Shown here: one piece after another, positions 37,664 to 50,200 of the stretch | Layout of the letters: every line of letters starts with the position of its first letter | How positions within the stretch are numbered: the first letter of the stretch is position 1 | Assembly (NCBI GenBank): GCA_050230475.1 | Contig: JBFLGF010000228.1 | Coordinates: forward strand, 1-52,798 | DNA: 52,798 bases | Origin: Ancylonema sp. | Taxonomy: Eukaryota | Direction: 5' to 3' | Program-made: the position numbers and the translations under genes | Notes under the pieces: generated by a model | What the model saw: only the letters and a program-made list of their open reading frames with translations | Told to the model about the DNA's origin: nothing | Database searches by the model: none

Positions 37664-39292
37664 ATGGACATCGAAAACGAGTAAGTCAACGCTGGCTTGA
37701 CAGCAAATGAAAACTTGACACGAGTTGCTCCGTTTCTACCTTTGTCACAGACGTAGTACTTCGGCAATATGTAGATTCCAGATACTTGAGGTACTTACTC
37801 TGTTCAGTGCTGACGTCGAACAACAAGAACGCGCCACTTGGCCAACGTTGCGACCTACCTCGAAGTTGGCGAACCGTGAGGCAGGACACAGGTAGCAGAC
37901 TTAGATGTTTGTTACCTCAATTGTTTTTGTCAGCTTATGCTCCAGTCTGTCTCCTTGGCTGCATGAATCTCTGTCGCTGCTCGCCGTGTAGACGCTAGAA
38001 GACGCTAAAAGACCGCAAGAAGACGCTCATCCGTTGTTGCACGAAGGTGTGGGTGTGGGTCTTTCTTTGTATCTTAAGACCTCTCGCTACTCGCCGTGCG
38101 CGGCATGCTTGACAGATTGTGCTTCGAGGAGACTGATGACCTCGCTGGCTGGGACTAGTCCGTAGTGGAAGAGTGCTCAAGCCCAGTGGACGTGACAGAG
38201 GAGTTGAAGGACTCGTACAACTGTCTGAATCTGAGGTTTGGCTGGTCGCCGGATGTGACTCATCATGGCAGCGCCACAAGCGATGTATCGGGCTTCTCTT
38301 GTCAGTTCTCCGAACCTCGTGACATTTACTGCGAAGATGTACTTCCGAGTCTTCATGACGAGGGCCTTATGGGAGATGACATGGTTACGGACCAGAATAG
38401 GCTTCCTCACCCTGCCGTCCGGGCTTATCAGCTGATGTTGCTGGAGCTTGAGCAGGAGCTGAACAAGAGCCTTGGTGCAGCGGAGGAGGTCCTGGAGAAG
38501 GAGGAGGCGGTGTTGGTTCATAACCTTCAGGGGTTGATCCCACTGCACAAAAAGCCTGGTAGTGATAGCGAGATGCAAGTCGCACTTGGACACCACACCA
38601 TTGATGAGGGCAAGGTTGTAGACGGATCGATCGTGGCTCGAGCGGCCTCTTCTATCACCTTCCCTGCTGCAAGGCGTGTCCCGAAGCTGTCACTAGCAAG
38701 GCAGGAACGAGGGCGGAAAAGCCTTGGGAATTTCAAGACAAAGAAGCATCGGGCTACTCATAGTGGTCTCGTCAAACTTTCTCAACGATCTCTGCAAGTA
38801 GCATCAGATGGCGTAGTGAAGAGGAAGAGGGGTCGACCAAGGAAGGTTCTTGTCTGCACGGTTGACACGTCGCCCATGACAGCTATCGAGGGCCTTGCAG
38901 ACGTGAGCGTCTACAATCGTGAGGCTCTTGGTGATGGCAGGCTGCAAACAGTGGTCGTGCAGAAAGAGGACTCGGAAGGTGAAGCCAGTAATGGGAGTGA
39001 TCACGGGGACGCAGGGGTCCGCAGGCTGGCACCGTTGTCAACAGATGAGCATACGACGCCGCTTATGGAGGATACGCAGCCAGAAAGGTCGAAGGCAGGG
39101 AAACCGATCGTTAGTGATGATCTTGGCACTCCAAAAAAGTGGATGGATAAGCGATCCAAGGACCTCTACTCAATCTCCTCGGTGTCGGAGCATGATCTAC
39201 CAAGGTGTGAAGGGGAGGTGGATGGCGACTCTCCACTGTCGGATCTTACTGATGGTGGATCAAACGTATGTCGTTTAGTTTTGGAGCATTAG
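37664..39292 (+). CDS. Acidic, mostly low-complexity protein with an AT-hook (KRKRGRPRK); possibly pseudogenised
   Basis: 375-codon ORF 38165-39292. Putative first exon 37664-37680 (ATGGACATCGAAAACGA|GTAAGT) splices in frame to an acceptor at 38116, but TAG at 38156-38158 interrupts it. A possible donor lies at 39266 (AAC|GTATGT); downstream exons were not identified. Confidence 0.55.
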
Positions 39293-41646
39293 GGAACGGT
39301 CTTGTTGGTAGAGAAAAGGAGCTACAAATTTTCGGTATCTTTGGCATGCCGAAAGTTGTTATACCTTGGGTGAGTCCGGGGTAGAATAAGGGGTGTAAAG
39401 TTTTGGCATGTTGGCTTGTTCACAAAACCCTCTGCGTGGATATCGCTTGATGTGAGCGGTATTCCGAACTGAAAGAAGAAGTTTTGATGTGTAATCTATG
39501 TACATATGTAGTGGACACTCCTTGTAGGCATGCAATTCTGTTGTTCTTACATGAAGTAGGTTTGTGGAATCCAGTAACCGCCGCTGGCGTAGAATCACAA
39601 GTGGACTTGGGGGATTGGGTGTAAAGTACATTGCTGACTCTTGTTGATATGGAAAGAAGTACAGAGGTTCTTGCCTCCCTTCCACTGTGTAGTCTTTCCA
39701 AAGTTTATTGGTGGACAAAGTGTGTATCTTTCGCGTAAGTAGCAAAGGGTTCCGCTTCAGGTTGTATATTAGACCATCCATCGTGGATCTTTTCATTTCC
39801 GTTGTTGCATTTCGAAATGCAATGCGAAGTGATGGGTGACGTTTGAGAAAATAAACATATATTTTTTCATTTGGGGGGGGGGGTTGACGGGGTGGGGGTG
39901 GGGTACACTTGGTGGACGCATGTGGGTTTATAAATTCCATGTCAAAGGAAAAATAAGAAAAAGAAAACATCGATTGCAAGGCAACCTATTGAGAATGCTT
40001 GGGTAATCATATGTGTGTATGGTTCTAGACAAATATATGGCATATTTGTAAAATCTCGTACGCGTACACAATCAAGTCCTTTTTGGAAAGCGTGGTTGAC
40101 TGAAAGTTGTGGTTGGGGCTCATGCAGACGCACTTTTTTGTGTAAGAGGTTGTTGCTTATGTCGCTCTTATCTTCTGCCATCGATGCAAGAAGTAGAAGA
40201 CTTTCCACTCTTGAAGCAAACATTCGCGGCTTCACAAACACACACAACAAAAGTGCATGTTTGAGATAAATTGAGTGATTGCAAAATTACGTGTGCAAGC
40301 CCACACTGAGTACAATCGAGTGTGATCCATGCCCCCTCCTGGTCAAGGATCTCTACCAATCGAAACTATCAAGTCAACACCAATCATATTCTTGCATTGT
40401 GCCAAGTCACCTATTCTTTTCGGCACGTTACCTAATCTTATCAACACGTTGCCAAGTGGCCAAATGTAATGTCACACATTGTGACTCACAATCATATCGA
40501 CAGGAAAAACGACAAAATCGACAAAACCAAACTTAAGCTCTAAAATCGATATAATGACAAAAGTTCACAGGCCCTAAAAACTAACACCTTCCCCATGCCT
40601 TTTTGATACATATGCTTTCGGCTTGTGGCCATCACGATAGGAGACCATGCTCCCAGTCGGTTTGTGCTAGCATATGTACAATGATGCACTCTCTCAACCT
40701 TATAATTTATTATTGCGAAATAATGTCGGTACTCAGATGGGGCTCCCATCGCGCTTTAATAAAACGCGTCTTCTTATTGATGTCATTTTAAATACATTTG
40801 AAACTAAATAAAATTTGACCCGTTCGTTACCTCTACATGGTGTCCTACGTTCATTAAATCACCGACGTTGAAGGTATTTTAACCAAGGCACATTGATATC
40901 AATATAATGGCATGATGGCCAGCGGACGAGTGGAGGGAGAGGGCTCTTATTGGCGTTACAAACCTAGATCTGCTATGTTTCAAAATATATGTTGATTAAT
41001 TATCAACCTAAACCAATTGCGTCAACCTAACGTCATAACCAAGGTTGCCATGACAAAATAAGCTTCAAGAAGTTCTTGCATGTGTTCTTGGCAAGAACAC
41101 ATGCAATGTACGCGAATATTCACATTTGCGCTTATAAAGATTTCCCTTCACTATGTTCGAAGCCTTGTAACACATATTTGCCACACGCCACAACCATCAT
41201 CTACCTCCTCATTAATGGTCGCAACAATACGTTTCCATCGAAGTACAGATCACAACGTGCGCAAGATCGGAGCTCCCATTTGCCCGCATCCCCATGAATC
41301 CGGCAAACAACACCACATGCTCAAGAAAAAATCTCAAAATCTTGTGCCTTCACTCCTGCCCTCCTCTTCGTTGTCGTCGACGGAACGTTGATGAAGCGCT
41401 GATTCGAGCTTCTGCGCTTCCAACGGAAAAATAAGCACCTTAGACAATCAAATGTTCCACCTCGAGCCCAAGTTGCCATGCATGGATTGAAAATGGGGCA
41501 ACTACAAACGTAAGCTCTTCAAAAGCACAACAAATAGTCGCATGAGAGTCCACAATCGGCAGTATGTGCGTGTCATCATCACCCTCTCCCACTCTGGCCA
41601 GACATGCGGGAGGGAAATAATAGTATAGTCACTACGTCTATAATCG

Positions 41647-42235
41647 TTACGTGACTCTGTCCTCCACCTGCATCAGGCGGCGTATTCTGTTGCCTTCTTC
41701 CATCTTCCTCCCAAAACTCCCTTGGACACTTGCCTCCACCTGTTCCGGCCCCATGTTCCAAAACCAGCGTTTAGCAGCAAACATAGTAAGGTACGAGAAT
41801 ACCCAGGTACCCGTGCTCGTACCCGGATGCTATCCAATTTGAGCTGCTGGATCGAAAGGTCCTCAAGAAGTACCCCCAGAGCCTGAAGCTCGGGGGGTCC
41901 TGAAGCGGCCAGCAAGTCAGTCGCTGCAGCCCCGACTCTGCTCACCTGACAAAAGAGCGACCAGATTCCAATGTGTGTCCCATTTTTACAAGCGCATAAA
42001 AGACACTGATCTACCACAACACCAAACCAAAGTCGTTCGCCCATCCCTCGAGGAGGCTACGTGTTTGTAGCTCACACTGTAATTCGCTCAATACCTCTCT
42101 TCCCACCGTCATCAATTCACCCAGCGGCGTTTGCTTGTCTCCTCCCTCAGTTCGTTTCTCAGCTGCAGCTGCTAACAATTCTCGCGGGTGAACAGCGCCA
42201 GGTTTCTCCTCCCTGTCTTTGCCTGCAGAAACCAT
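41647..42235 (-). CDS. Small protein with a VIM-like motif and a BAG-like three-helix domain
   Basis: Exons 42235-42095, 41945-41823, 41739-41647 join in phase 0 at GT-AG introns: MVSAGKDREEKPGAVHPRELLAAAAEKR...PLGELMTVGREVSRVGAAATDLL...LLEDLSIQQLKLDSIRVEASVQGSFGRKMEEGNRIRRLMQVEDRVT*. The 5' end and last exon are uncertain. Confidence 0.6.
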
Positions 42236-42870
42236 CACACGGTAAAATTATGTCAGACATTCAGGCCCCGCTGTATGCTTGAGCGTTCGATGCGAGATCG
42301 GACACATGAGTACCGGCATCGCTGTTGATCTCGCACCTTGGTGATTAAAAATTATGATGAATTACGAATCACCATGGTGCCGCCATGGTTTATTCAGGAT
42401 GTCCAGCCTGAATTAAAAATAAACTCGAAAAAAAAAAAAAAAAACACGGTTGATACCTCGTGATTTTCTGAATAAAATACCCCACATAAAGATAGCTGCT
42501 GCGGCAGCGATCATGATAGGCAGTTTTACATATTTCCCGGTCGAGGGATCCTCGTAAGCTGCCGAACGTAAATTATGCTTTCCCATGATACTTTTGCCCA
42601 TGCCTACGGCGACGGAGTCGCCGCAGATGGTGCCACTCAAGCCGGCTCGAAGGGGGATAAACCGAAAGAAGCTATTCTAATATACGGGGGCATTACATGA
42701 GACACAGACCTCCCAGCGATAGCCCGTCAAAATCAATTGTGCTTTGGCCATCGTTGCACGTCATCCGAGAAGTCATGATTTCCTTTGTTGACTTCGCCCC
42801 GGGCGATTTTCTGTCGCCTGGGGCGCCGTCCTGGGCGAATGTGCCCCTTTTCGGCATCCGTTCGGGTATT

Positions 42871-43020
42871 TTCGGCCCGCGGTAGGGGGCCGGTATCTAC
42901 TCCCTACCGCTTTCCTGCCGATTTTTGTGCCCAGCCCGGCTGGGCATCGGCGAGGAGTTGGGTAGCGGTAGGCGGTAGGAAAATCGGAGAAGGCACGGCG
43001 CGGTTGGAAACGGTAGGTTA
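42871..43020 (+). repeat. Partial copy of the CGGTAGG hAT-like family
   Basis: Shares TTCGGCCCGCGGTAGGGGG, CCCTACCG, GGCTGGGCATCGG and GGAAACGGTAGG with 34621-35020. Confidence 0.75.
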
Positions 43021-44214
43021 TCTTTTTAAACGCGCGGAATGAAAGGCAGAAATCGCAACCCTAAAAAAAGAAAGAAACACTTTGGATCGATCGATCAAAC
43101 AAAGTAGACAAGTGTGCACCCTTGTCACCCTTGTCACCCTTGTCCCTTGTCCCTTGTTGTCGTTAATGTTTGTATCTCAGTTTTCCAATGTATATGTGAA
43201 AGCAAATGTGACATTATCGAGCCTGGATACGCATCAATCGTACGGGTATTGTACGCACCCGGTTATGCTCGATTGTGATTAGTGTGTTTAGCTCACATCT
43301 TCCTTAAATCACGAAAATATTGAAATAAGACACAATGTTTTTTTTCAACCGGGGTTTGGCATGTGTATCTGGTAGCTTTTTAGGATATGGAGTTGCAAAT
43401 GTGAATTACACTCCTACGAGCATGCAAATATCGAAGTGAACAAAAGTTGTCTTCGAACAAACGTTTGATGACAAACAATACATATTCTCAACAATCATAT
43501 TATGAATATACAAAGACGTCGGCACTATCCTAGATCGCACGTGTGTGCCGTGCGGTCCCGGCCGGTGATGACCCGGTTATCGTTGACGCCGCTAGCATGC
43601 GGTCTGCGGAAGGGCGAGGGGTAGGGAGACGGGCTATGTATTTGTTCGCGATATGGGGGGCCGGCAGATGCTGGCGGATTTTTTTACTGTTCGGTAGAGC
43701 CATCGATGTTCGGTCACCCTCGCGGGGATCAATGTAATATTCGTTTGATTCATGGTTTCCGTTCGGTCTGCGGACGTCCCGACGACGAGTGAAGACTGTG
43801 GACCTTGTGATGGGTTGTATAGTAGCGCAGTCGGTGGAGTAGTTGAGAATGCTCCATTAGTAAATGTCGATGGTCGAGGTTGCGGCTGAGTTGTGTAAGC
43901 ATGCGTTACGGCCTCGCATATCATCATTATCATCCCGATTTTCGGCTTCTGCCACTAACATGCGCAAATCATCCAAAATGGCGAACGTTGTGGCCTGGGC
44001 ATATCAAAAAACATATGCTCAAGACATATTGCTGGATGATTTACGCATCTTCTGTAGCAAATTTTCCCGAAATATGCTCAGAGCATGCGTTACGGCCTCG
44101 CCAATCTTTGAGCATAATTTAGAGATATGCTCGGTGATTATCAATTTATCATGCGGCACATTGACGTATGCTTAATTTTCATCCGTTGGCAAACGACGTT
44201 TTAGCGATGTTACG

Positions 44215-44661
44215 TGATAGGTGTGCAAGATCGTGTGAATCTTTCCGTACAAGGAACTTCGTCTCTCAAAGATGATCACTGACTAGTATTGTGTTGGAAG
44301 AATTATTATTGAATGGTCGGCATCGTGTAGGTATACCACGATGCCTCGTCCAAAACAAGAATCAACAAAGTGTGCCGACGGTCGTATCTGCGGACCGTCG
44401 GCCCTATCAAAACACAACAACAGTCAGATCATGTCAACGGCACATGCCGGACAGTCTGGACAAGAAATAACGTCTAGATTCGGAACCATCTAGACCGCAC
44501 GTGCTACAAACGGCACAATCGAAACGTCATATTCGGGGTGCCCGGACATAAGTCCGGCCCCTCAATATAAGCACACCCCTAGGAATCCTACCGGTTACCG
44601 CTAACCGGTAGTCCGGACTACCACACTGGCAAACATGGCTATCCGATATAATTCCTACACA
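44215..44661 (-). repeat. 3' LTR
   Basis: TG...CA termini, aligns with 50201-50662. Confidence 0.92.
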
Positions 44662-44981
44662 CCCCCGCGGATGCCATGCCAAGTTTGGCATTGAGTCAGC
44701 ACCAAGGGACTACCCTATCTACAGCTAAGTCATGGCGAAACCATTGCATAGAGCCCATTGGGATAGTAAGGTCTTTCCCTAGCATACAAAATGTGCTAGG
44801 GGGCCCTATCTAAAATCACACCCGATCGGAAGCCGATCGGAACTCCAGAAGTCGATAGCTCCATATCCTTAGTCTCGTTTTCCGGGCCGGAGCCCTGAAC
44901 ATACTACAAACAAATACCACAAGTTAGGGCAATACACCAACAAGTCAACTTTTGCAGTTTTCTCCGAATAACATGAAATAC

Positions 44982-45048
44982 TCAAAACTTCACAACTTTC
45001 TCAAAACTTCATAACTTTCTCAAAACTTCATAACTTTCTCAAAACTTC
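44982..45048. repeat. 19-bp tandem repeat (TCAAAACTTCAYAACTTTC) x ~3.5 in the retroelement 3' untranslated region
   Basis: Directly visible unit repetition. Confidence 0.9.
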
Positions 45049-45331
45049 ACCAAAACAACTGAAATTTTCACACAACATACATAATAGAAATGGCAACACA
45101 TATGCCAGAATTCATGAACAAGTGACAACTCTAGATGCAAACAGATCTGCAAATTTTCAGGTGTCCTTAAGTGTTTTCAGGGCATAAAAAGAGCGGGGTG
45201 ACTTAGCTGGATAGACAAGCGTTGAAAGCCCTCCACAGGTGCATTGTGCAAGAATAATAACAGAACATAAACCCCTTGCCAAACATAGCATGGCAGCCGA
45301 AACTCCTAGAACCTAATGTGCACCCCCATTT

Positions 45332-48300
45332 CAGTGAACCCTCCCAAAACATATGGACTTTCCGTGTCTGTCAAGTAAGACCTCTGGAAGAGCCTTAGTG
45401 AACATATCGGCTGGTTGATTGGCCCCTGCCAGATACACGTACTTCAGCCTCCCAGTTCTGTGACACTCTCTCACCCAGTGGTAACCACATTGAAATGCTT
45501 GGCCTTCTGGCGTTGGACTGGGTTCTGGATCATAGAGAGTGCGGCAGTTGAGTCACTGTAAACTGTAATTTCATTAGGGAGTTTGAGCTCATGCAGGAGC
45601 GACTTCAGGTAACAGCATTCCTTAGACACACTACAGGCAGCAATATACTCAGCCTCTGGTGTACTCTGTGCGACTGTAGACTGTTTTTGTGACTTCCAGC
45701 TTAAAGCAGTCCCCCCAACAGTAGTGACCCACCCTGTGACCGACTTCCCAGTCATACTAGGTGTTCCAACTAGCATCACAGTATCCCTTGATCTCTAACC
45801 TCTTCCGCCTCACGTAGCATATTCCGTGATCAACTGTTCCCCTTAAATATCTGAACAGTTGGTGTAAGGCCTTGATGTGAGCAGTCCCAGGATTTCCCAT
45901 GTGTTTTTCCAGTACCCCCAGTGCATGTGCAATATCCGGTCTGGTGTGTTTCATTGCATAAACGAGTGACCCAATTTTGCCCCGGAATTCAGTTATTTGT
46001 TCAGGTGTAGGGGGAGTCAGAGGTTCATCTTCTTGATGAAATGTCAGCCCAGGTGGTAAGGGTAGTTGTAGGGTTACATTGCCATGCCAAAACGTTAAAA
46101 CCTGCTTTATGAACCCTCCCTGATGCAACGTGAGCACCCCTTGTTGTCTGTCCCTTTTCACTTCCACCCCCAGGATATGGGTTGCCCCAAGATCTCATTA
46201 AATTTTCCAGACAGTTCCCGTTTGAATGCTTTAATGACCATGGTGTTAGGACCAACTATCACTTGATCATCTATATGTATCCCCACTATGATTCGTGACT
46301 GTCCTGTCCCCCTGGTGTATATGTATGTGTCCATAATGCACTGTTTGAACCCTATACTGAGCATGAGGGCTGTGAACATCTCACCCCAGACCTTGCTACT
46401 CTGTTTCAGTCCGTACAGTGCCCCCCTCATTCTTAAAACTTTTCCTCAGATCCTCCCTCAATCTCCATGAATGGTGGAAATTTTCATACATACTTCTTCG
46501 GTCAGTCTTCCGTGCAAGAAAGCAGTTACCACATCCATCTGTTCAATTTCCCAACCCTCGTGATTCGCAATAGCTAGTAGAAGAGATATAGAGGTACTAT
46601 CTACTACAGGTGCGAATTTTTCATTATAATCAACTCCCTCTTGTTGTAGAAAACCCTGAGCGACCAGTCTGACTTTATATCTTTCAAGGGTTCCCGTGGG
46701 TGTGTATTTGGTTTTGAAATACATATTTGCACCCCACAGCCCTTTTACCTGGTGGAAGTTTGCACACCTCGAAGGTGTTGAATTCCCCCAATCTTTTCAG
46801 CCCCTTCTGGATAGCAGCTAACCACTGATCCTAGTCTGGCCTCGTCATGGCCTGGTTCAGCGTCAGAGGGTCGGAGGAGTCAGCAGACATGGCCACCATG
46901 CAGAATCCAGGGTCAGAGGGGCCGTTGAAGCCTATGAAGAAGCATTTTCCTCCCACTCCTCGTCCTAAATGGGTGCTTCCAGCGCCTGGTCATCGAACTC
47001 CTCCCCATCATATCAGAGGACATCCCCAAAGTGGGCAAAGTTTGCCCTCCTCCTTCCCATTACTCTCTCAGCCCTATGCTCCGAGCATTCACCCCTTGCC
47101 CCCCCTCTTCACCCCCTTCTTGAACTTCCTTCTCCTCGCGTGCCACACCTACGTTGTTGATCCCAGATTGACTGTCAGACAACTCAATCACAGCGATGGG
47201 GACCTCAGCAGCTGGTGGTGGCGGAAACTGTAGTGCTGGGATCTGGGCTCCTGGGTCGTTGTGGGCTGCTGCTGCTGCTGGCATTGTTGCTCGCTCTGAT
47301 GCTGGCTGTGCTGCTGGCACTGCTACAGGCGTTGCTGCTGTTACTGCTGCTTGTCCTGGCACCCCTCCAGCCTTAGGCTCATCATCCGTGTCGGGGAACA
47401 ACTGGAAGAAGTGTCCATCTGCTTTGACCTCGACCTGGGGAACTCTCCCTCCCATGAGTCTCGGGTACCCCGGCACTTCCTCAAAGAAACGGACGTCTGT
47501 CCGCACCATCACACCGGCTCTGAGCGGGTCGAAGATGTTGTAACCAGCTTGATCTGCTGCCAGCCCAATGAATACCCCAAAAGCAGTCCTGGCAGCATAC
47601 TTGTCCCCTTGTTTATTTTTATCATGCCCAACTTTCAAATACTGCACTAGGCAGCCAAATGTGTGACTTCTGTCTAGTTTGATTTGGCGTCCCGTCCACT
47701 TCTCAATAGGTATCCCCCCTGTCAATGAACTAGTGGGGGTCCTGTTCCTTAGCCAGTTTGCATGCATCAATGCCACATCCCAGTATGATTTAGGCAGTTT
47801 AGACCACATCAACAAACATCTCATCTTCTCCATCAGTGTTCTGTTCAGTCTTTCATACATGCCGTTCTGCTGAGGACTATAGGGGGCAGTCAATTCATGT
47901 GTGATGCCTTTTTCCTCACAATAGCCTTTCCACTCCTTGGTGGTATATTCCCCTCCTCCATCTGTCCTGATCGACTTTAACGGCAGTCCTGACTCAACCT
48001 CCAGTTTCTGTTGTACAGTGACGCGCGTTTGACTGAGAGCATCGCTCTTGTGCTTGAGAAGAGATACTGTTGACAATCTAGAATTGACCTCTATCCCAGA
48101 CTGTGCATAATCAAACCCTCCGTGCATTGACCTGACTCCAAAAGGACCTGTCAGATCTAGATGCAACTTTCCCATTTTTGGGATAGTGGCCACATCATCG
48201 CTAGCCAATGCATGCCCCCTCTGTCCCATCCTCCCCATACAGCAAATCTCACAATCTCTAACCTCAGTCAACTCTTCCTGACTCAGTCTCGGTATGTATG

Positions 48301-49871
48301 TCTCCACGTCTGGCCATGTCTGACATGGCTGGAACACCAGGGTGACCCAGCTTGCCGTGCCAGAGCATGCCTATGGACAGATTTGCAGACCAGATGAACC
48401 AGGCATGATGATAGATGCATGCAAGCAATGACAGACCATTCCTCTGCCTGCTGACATCAGCCGTTTCTGTCCATTCTTAGTGAGTTGAGGACCATGTGGG
48501 TTCTGGGCAAAGCTCAGCCCACCTCTTTGGACGAGGCAGACGGTGGACACGAGGGTCGCAGCGAATGTAGGGACGTGCAGAGCAGTGAGAGGGACGACGA
48601 AGAAGGAGTCGTCGTTCTTCACTCGAACGTGCACGAAGCCCCTCGACCTTGTGAGGCGTGCCATCAGCCGTGTGGATGTGCATCGGGACGTTGGTGTCGT
48701 ACTCGACGAAGTGGTCTCTGTTTATGTTATTTGTGAAGACGTGATCGGTCGAGCCTGAATCAAGCCACAGATGCGAGCAATCAGTTCCAACTGCGGCAAT
48801 CCGTGCGTCAGATGAGAATGCTGCATAAGCTAGGGATTTGGATGCATCGAAAGGTGTGTCTGAACGTGCAGCAAGTCGAGCCTGAGCTTGATCAGCCAGT
48901 GCCAAGTCAGATCTACGCTTCATGCATTCTACCAATGTATGCCCGAGCTTATCACAGTATCTGCATTTGGGTTTCGGATTGCCACTTCCCTGGCCACCCA
49001 ATCTTCCACCTCCCCCTTGCCGTTGTTGTCCACACTGCGACAGCTTGTGGCCGGTCTGGTTGCAGCCATGGCACCTCATCGGCGGACGTGTAGGGCCGTC
49101 CGACTTTAGGTGGCTATACTGGTTGCAACCGTAGCAGTGAATTCTCGTCAGGTCGTGACTTCCGGGACCGCCACTCCCACCTAGTCGAATTGGGCCAGCT
49201 CCGGAGCTGCCCGAGTAACCCCCTTTCCCCACGAAATTGGCATGCTGCCCTCCCGGCAACACCCCTCTCTTGCGGTCGTTACAGACCTCCCGTCGATCGC
49301 CAGCCGACAAAGTGCTGACGGCCTGAGGGATCGTGAAGAGTGTTGGCGCAGATATCACCCAAGACATCACACTCTCCACGCGCGCGCTGTAGCGAGTGTT
49401 GAGGGAATTCAGGAAGTTGATCGTCTGCTTCGCAGGCTTGACTGGCTCTCCCAGATGCCCCAGACGATCATGCAGCTCCTGAAGCCGCTTCACGTAGTCG
49501 CTCAGGTCCTCCTCCGCCATGATAATTGCCGTGAGCTCAGCCTCAGCGTTGGCGATCTCAATGGCTCCCTGAATGTCATAGAAGGCTTTCAGGGCGTCCC
49601 ATATATCCGCTGCAGTCTCGCAATTTCGTACGTACGTCAGCTCCCCCGTCTGGAGGTGTTTGACGATGTACGCCATTGCAGCGATATTCTTCTTTGACCA
49701 GACCTCTCGAAGGAGAGTCTGTCGACCGATGAGGAGCTGGGTGCGTGCCGTGACGACCGTTCGAGCGACCGAGCGACGTCCGCAGCATCCACTGCATCGA
49801 GCTCGTCCTGCGTGAGTAGTGGAGACATTGTGCTTGCCTCGGTGATTTGCCCCAATCCATGACAATGTCAT
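45332..49871 (-). pseudogene. copia gag-pol, broken into several frames
   Basis: Gag with zinc knuckles (CHGCNQTGHKLSQC, CRYCDKLGHTLVEC), protease WLDSGSTDH, integrase IRTDGGGEY / PYSPQQNGMYER, RT QMDVVTAFL / LYGLKQS / HIDD, RNase H YCDAS / EAEYIA / YSDS / ADMFTK. These are spread over at least six ORFs. The lower boundary is approximate. Confidence 0.92.
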
Positions 49872-50171
49872 ACAACTCCTTGTCAGCCAGACCGAACTTA
49901 ATTTTGAAAGCTCAACCCTTGTAGTCTGCTCCTGTGAAGACCGGAATGTATGAATTTTCCGTCATTTTAGGCAGTAGCTATATATCTTATGATCAGCTCT
50001 CAGCTGCTTCCTTCAGCGTGTTTCGTGCAGCGCAGCTCACACCTCAGTCACTGGCAGCGCCATTCGAAGGATTACGTGCAGCACTTAATAATCCCAACCT
50101 CAGAGTCTCTTTGCAGCGAATCGCGTGGAATGCCTGTAGTTATTGACACAGCGTCTTTAACTAGACCGCCT

Positions 50172-50185
50172 GTGGGCCCATAACC
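50172..50185 (-). promoter_or_regulatory. Primer-binding site complementary to the anticodon arm of initiator tRNA-Met (half-tRNA primer)
   Basis: Minus strand GGTTATGGGCCCAC. The plus strand GTGGGCCCATAACC matches the tRNA-iMet anticodon stem-loop as recalled. Confidence 0.8.
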
Positions 50186-50200
50186 TTTACCATTTAGCGT

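Noticed and set aside
42314..42386. Upstream exons giving MAAPWCEINSDAG, reminiscent of the UCH37 N-terminus (WCTIESDPG), spliced onto the VIM-BAG gene
   Set aside because: It requires a 36-nt intron, far shorter than the other introns here (about 80 nt or more). An in-frame ATG at 42235 is simpler. Worth rechecking with RNA-seq.
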